Shown here: positions 62,650 through 64,000 of the stretch, one piece after another
Layout: each line of letters opens with the position of its first letter
Numbering within the stretch: the first letter of the stretch is position 1
Made by a program: the position numbers and the translations under genes
Notes under the pieces: generated by a model
The model's database searches: none
The model's input: only the letters and a program-made list of their open reading frames with translations
What the model was told of the DNA's origin: nothing
NCBI GenBank assembly: GCA_963822965.1
Contig: CAWGJT010000001.1
Location: 192,001-256,000, forward strand
Source: an uncultured delta proteobacterium
Lineage (GTDB): Bacteria > Myxococcota_A > UBA9160 > UBA4427
DNA length: 64,000 nt
Reading direction: 5' to 3'

Positions 62650-63750
62650 CTAGAAGCACCAGAAGTTCGTGATGCAGAAGTCCTCGTCCAGATACCCGAT
62701 CATGATTCCCATGTCGTGATCGGTGTCGTCCGGCCGATTGATCTGCGCGTGCACACGCATGGTCTGGTTCTTCTTCGTGTGTGTGTGTGGATCACAGACC
62801 GTCATGTCCGAGATGTGACCCGCGTAGTTCGCGAGCCCGATGGGATCCGACGAGACGGTGTTGGAGCTCACCGGATGGGCAGCGTCCGCGCCGCTGCCCG
62901 GACCAACCGGAACGTAGGGCGAGCCCGCCGCATAGCCGGCCACGGACGTGCAGGAGTTCTGGCCGTTGCTCTGGTTCTTCCAAGCGATGCTGACGCCGTA
63001 GTCGTGGATGTGACCACCCAGCGTCACCATGGTGTGGGAGCGGTCCGCCTTCCAGTCCCAGTGCAGGTCGTTGTAGCCCGCGACGGCGTCCGCCTCGGAG
63101 TCGTCGCACTGGTCGATGTCGATCCAGATGGGACGCGTTCGGTCGATCCCGCTACCGCTCGCAGGCACCCAGTGGAACGTGTACTCGAAGTACACGGTCT
63201 TCTGGACCGGCTGCATGTTCATGAGGTGGTAGACGAGACCCCAGTTGTCGTTCGATCCCACGTAGTAGCCGTAGCCATCGTCCACGTGCATGATGGTGCG
63301 CTCGTTGCCCGCGGCGAAGAACCGCTCGTTGCCGCCGGCCGCGCCACCGAGCAGCTTGATGGGCTCGGAGCTGAAGAGGTTCGGACGACAGGTGATGTCC
63401 GGTCGCGAGTAGTTCATGTTCACGACGTGGTGGAGCATCGTGCCGTTGTTGAAGTTCGCCGTCGTGCCGTCCTCGAGCACGAGGTTGGGCTGGATCTGCG
63501 TGATGTAGCAGTCACTGCACGGACGCGGGACGTCGTAGCTCGCCACGGACTGGAACAGACCGATCAGGAAGGCCGACAGGCCGGAGACGCCCGCCACCTC
63601 GTTCTCGACCTGGCCCGGACCGTTCGGCCCCGCTGCCGGAAGTACGATCGGTCCCCAACGGATCGTCGTCACGTTGTCGGCCGCTGCCGGCCCCGCGACG
63701 AGCGCTGCTGCGATGCACCCCGCTGCGATTGCACTGATCTTGCGTTTCAC
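62650..63750 (-). CDS. Secreted protein with copper type II (PHM/DBH-like) monooxygenase ligand pattern
   Basis: Signal peptide; MLHHVV, VYHLMN, GGHIHDYG, HDMGIM; paired Cys residues. Confidence 0.7.
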   Translation of the reverse strand: MKRKISAIAAGCIAAALVAGPAAADNVTTIRWGPIVLPAAGPNGPGQVENEVAGVSGLSAFLIGLFQSVASYDVPRPCSDCYITQIQPNLVLEDGTTANFNNGTMLHHVVNMNYSRPDITCRPNLFSSEPIKLLGGAAGGNERFFAAGNERTIMHVDDGYGYYVGSNDNWGLVYHLMNMQPVQKTVYFEYTFHWVPASGSGIDRTRPIWIDIDQCDDSEADAVAGYNDLHWDWKADRSHTMVTLGGHIHDYGVSIAWKNQSNGQNSCTSVAGYAAGSPYVPVGPGSGADAAHPVSSNTVSSDPIGLANYAGHISDMTVCDPHTHTKKNQTMRVHAQINRPDDTDHDMGIMIGYLDEDFCITNFWCF

Positions 63751-63803
63751 GGTGGTTCCCTCCGTTTCGGTGCCGACTCGCGGCACACGGTGAGCGACGT
63801 CCG

Positions 63804-64000
63804 TCAGCGCAGCAGGCCGCGGCCCGTGAGCCTCTGGACGAAGTTGTGGAGCTCCTCGCGCGAGCACGCATCCCGATGCTCGAGCCACCATCCCGCCATG
63901 TGCTGGATGAGCCCGATCATCGACTGCGCGAGAAGCTCCGGGTCCTCGTTGCGGAAAGTCCCTGCCTCGATTCCCTCCTCGAGCAGGGGACGCAGGTCCT
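63804..64000 (-). CDS. C-terminal end of a probable TetR-family regulator (partial)
   Basis: LLEEGIEAGTFRNEDPELLAQSMIGLI...WWLE. Confidence 0.65.
   Translation of the reverse strand, partial: DLRPLLEEGIEAGTFRNEDPELLAQSMIGLIQHMAGWWLEHRDACSREELHNFVQRLTGRGLLR

Overview
This is a very GC-rich bacterial chromosomal window (roughly 70-75% GC by eye). Hanks-type kinases, PilZ proteins, a GAF-sigma54 activator and Hsp70 paralogues suggest a Myxococcota-like deltaproteobacterium (inference). Many genes carry single-base frameshifts, often in homopolymers, which points to an unpolished long-read assembly. Housekeeping genes are purD/purH, alr, thiS-thiG-thiE, galK, two degP-like genes, clpB, trpS, tRNA-Thr(CGT), mscL, bcp and alkA. 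Two loci stand out. (1) 12.7-16.5 kb: an Elp3 radical-SAM/GNAT enzyme lies head-to-head with a methyltransferase carrying Trm9/ALKBH8 signature motifs, followed by a SpoU methylase and a small Zn-ribbon protein. This looks like a compact eukaryote/archaea-type cm5U to mcm5U wobble-uridine pathway in a bacterium. (2) 24.5-33.1 kb: a sigma54 promoter with twin palindromic enhancer-like sites precedes a 26-aa uORF, a radical SAM enzyme, a cytoplasmic subtilase, a stand-alone propeptide-like protein, a GAF-AAA+ activator with a non-canonical GAFTGA loop, a tandem histone-fold-like protein and a polytopic GAF-Ser/Thr kinase. Also present: an exosortase-VIT/vWA(PEP-CTERM)-CreBC-like module, a PilZ/NBD-only Hsp70 operon, a non-canonical fold-IV transaminase, tandem WS/DGATs and a secreted PHM-like copper monooxygenase. 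All family calls come from motif reading; no searches were run.
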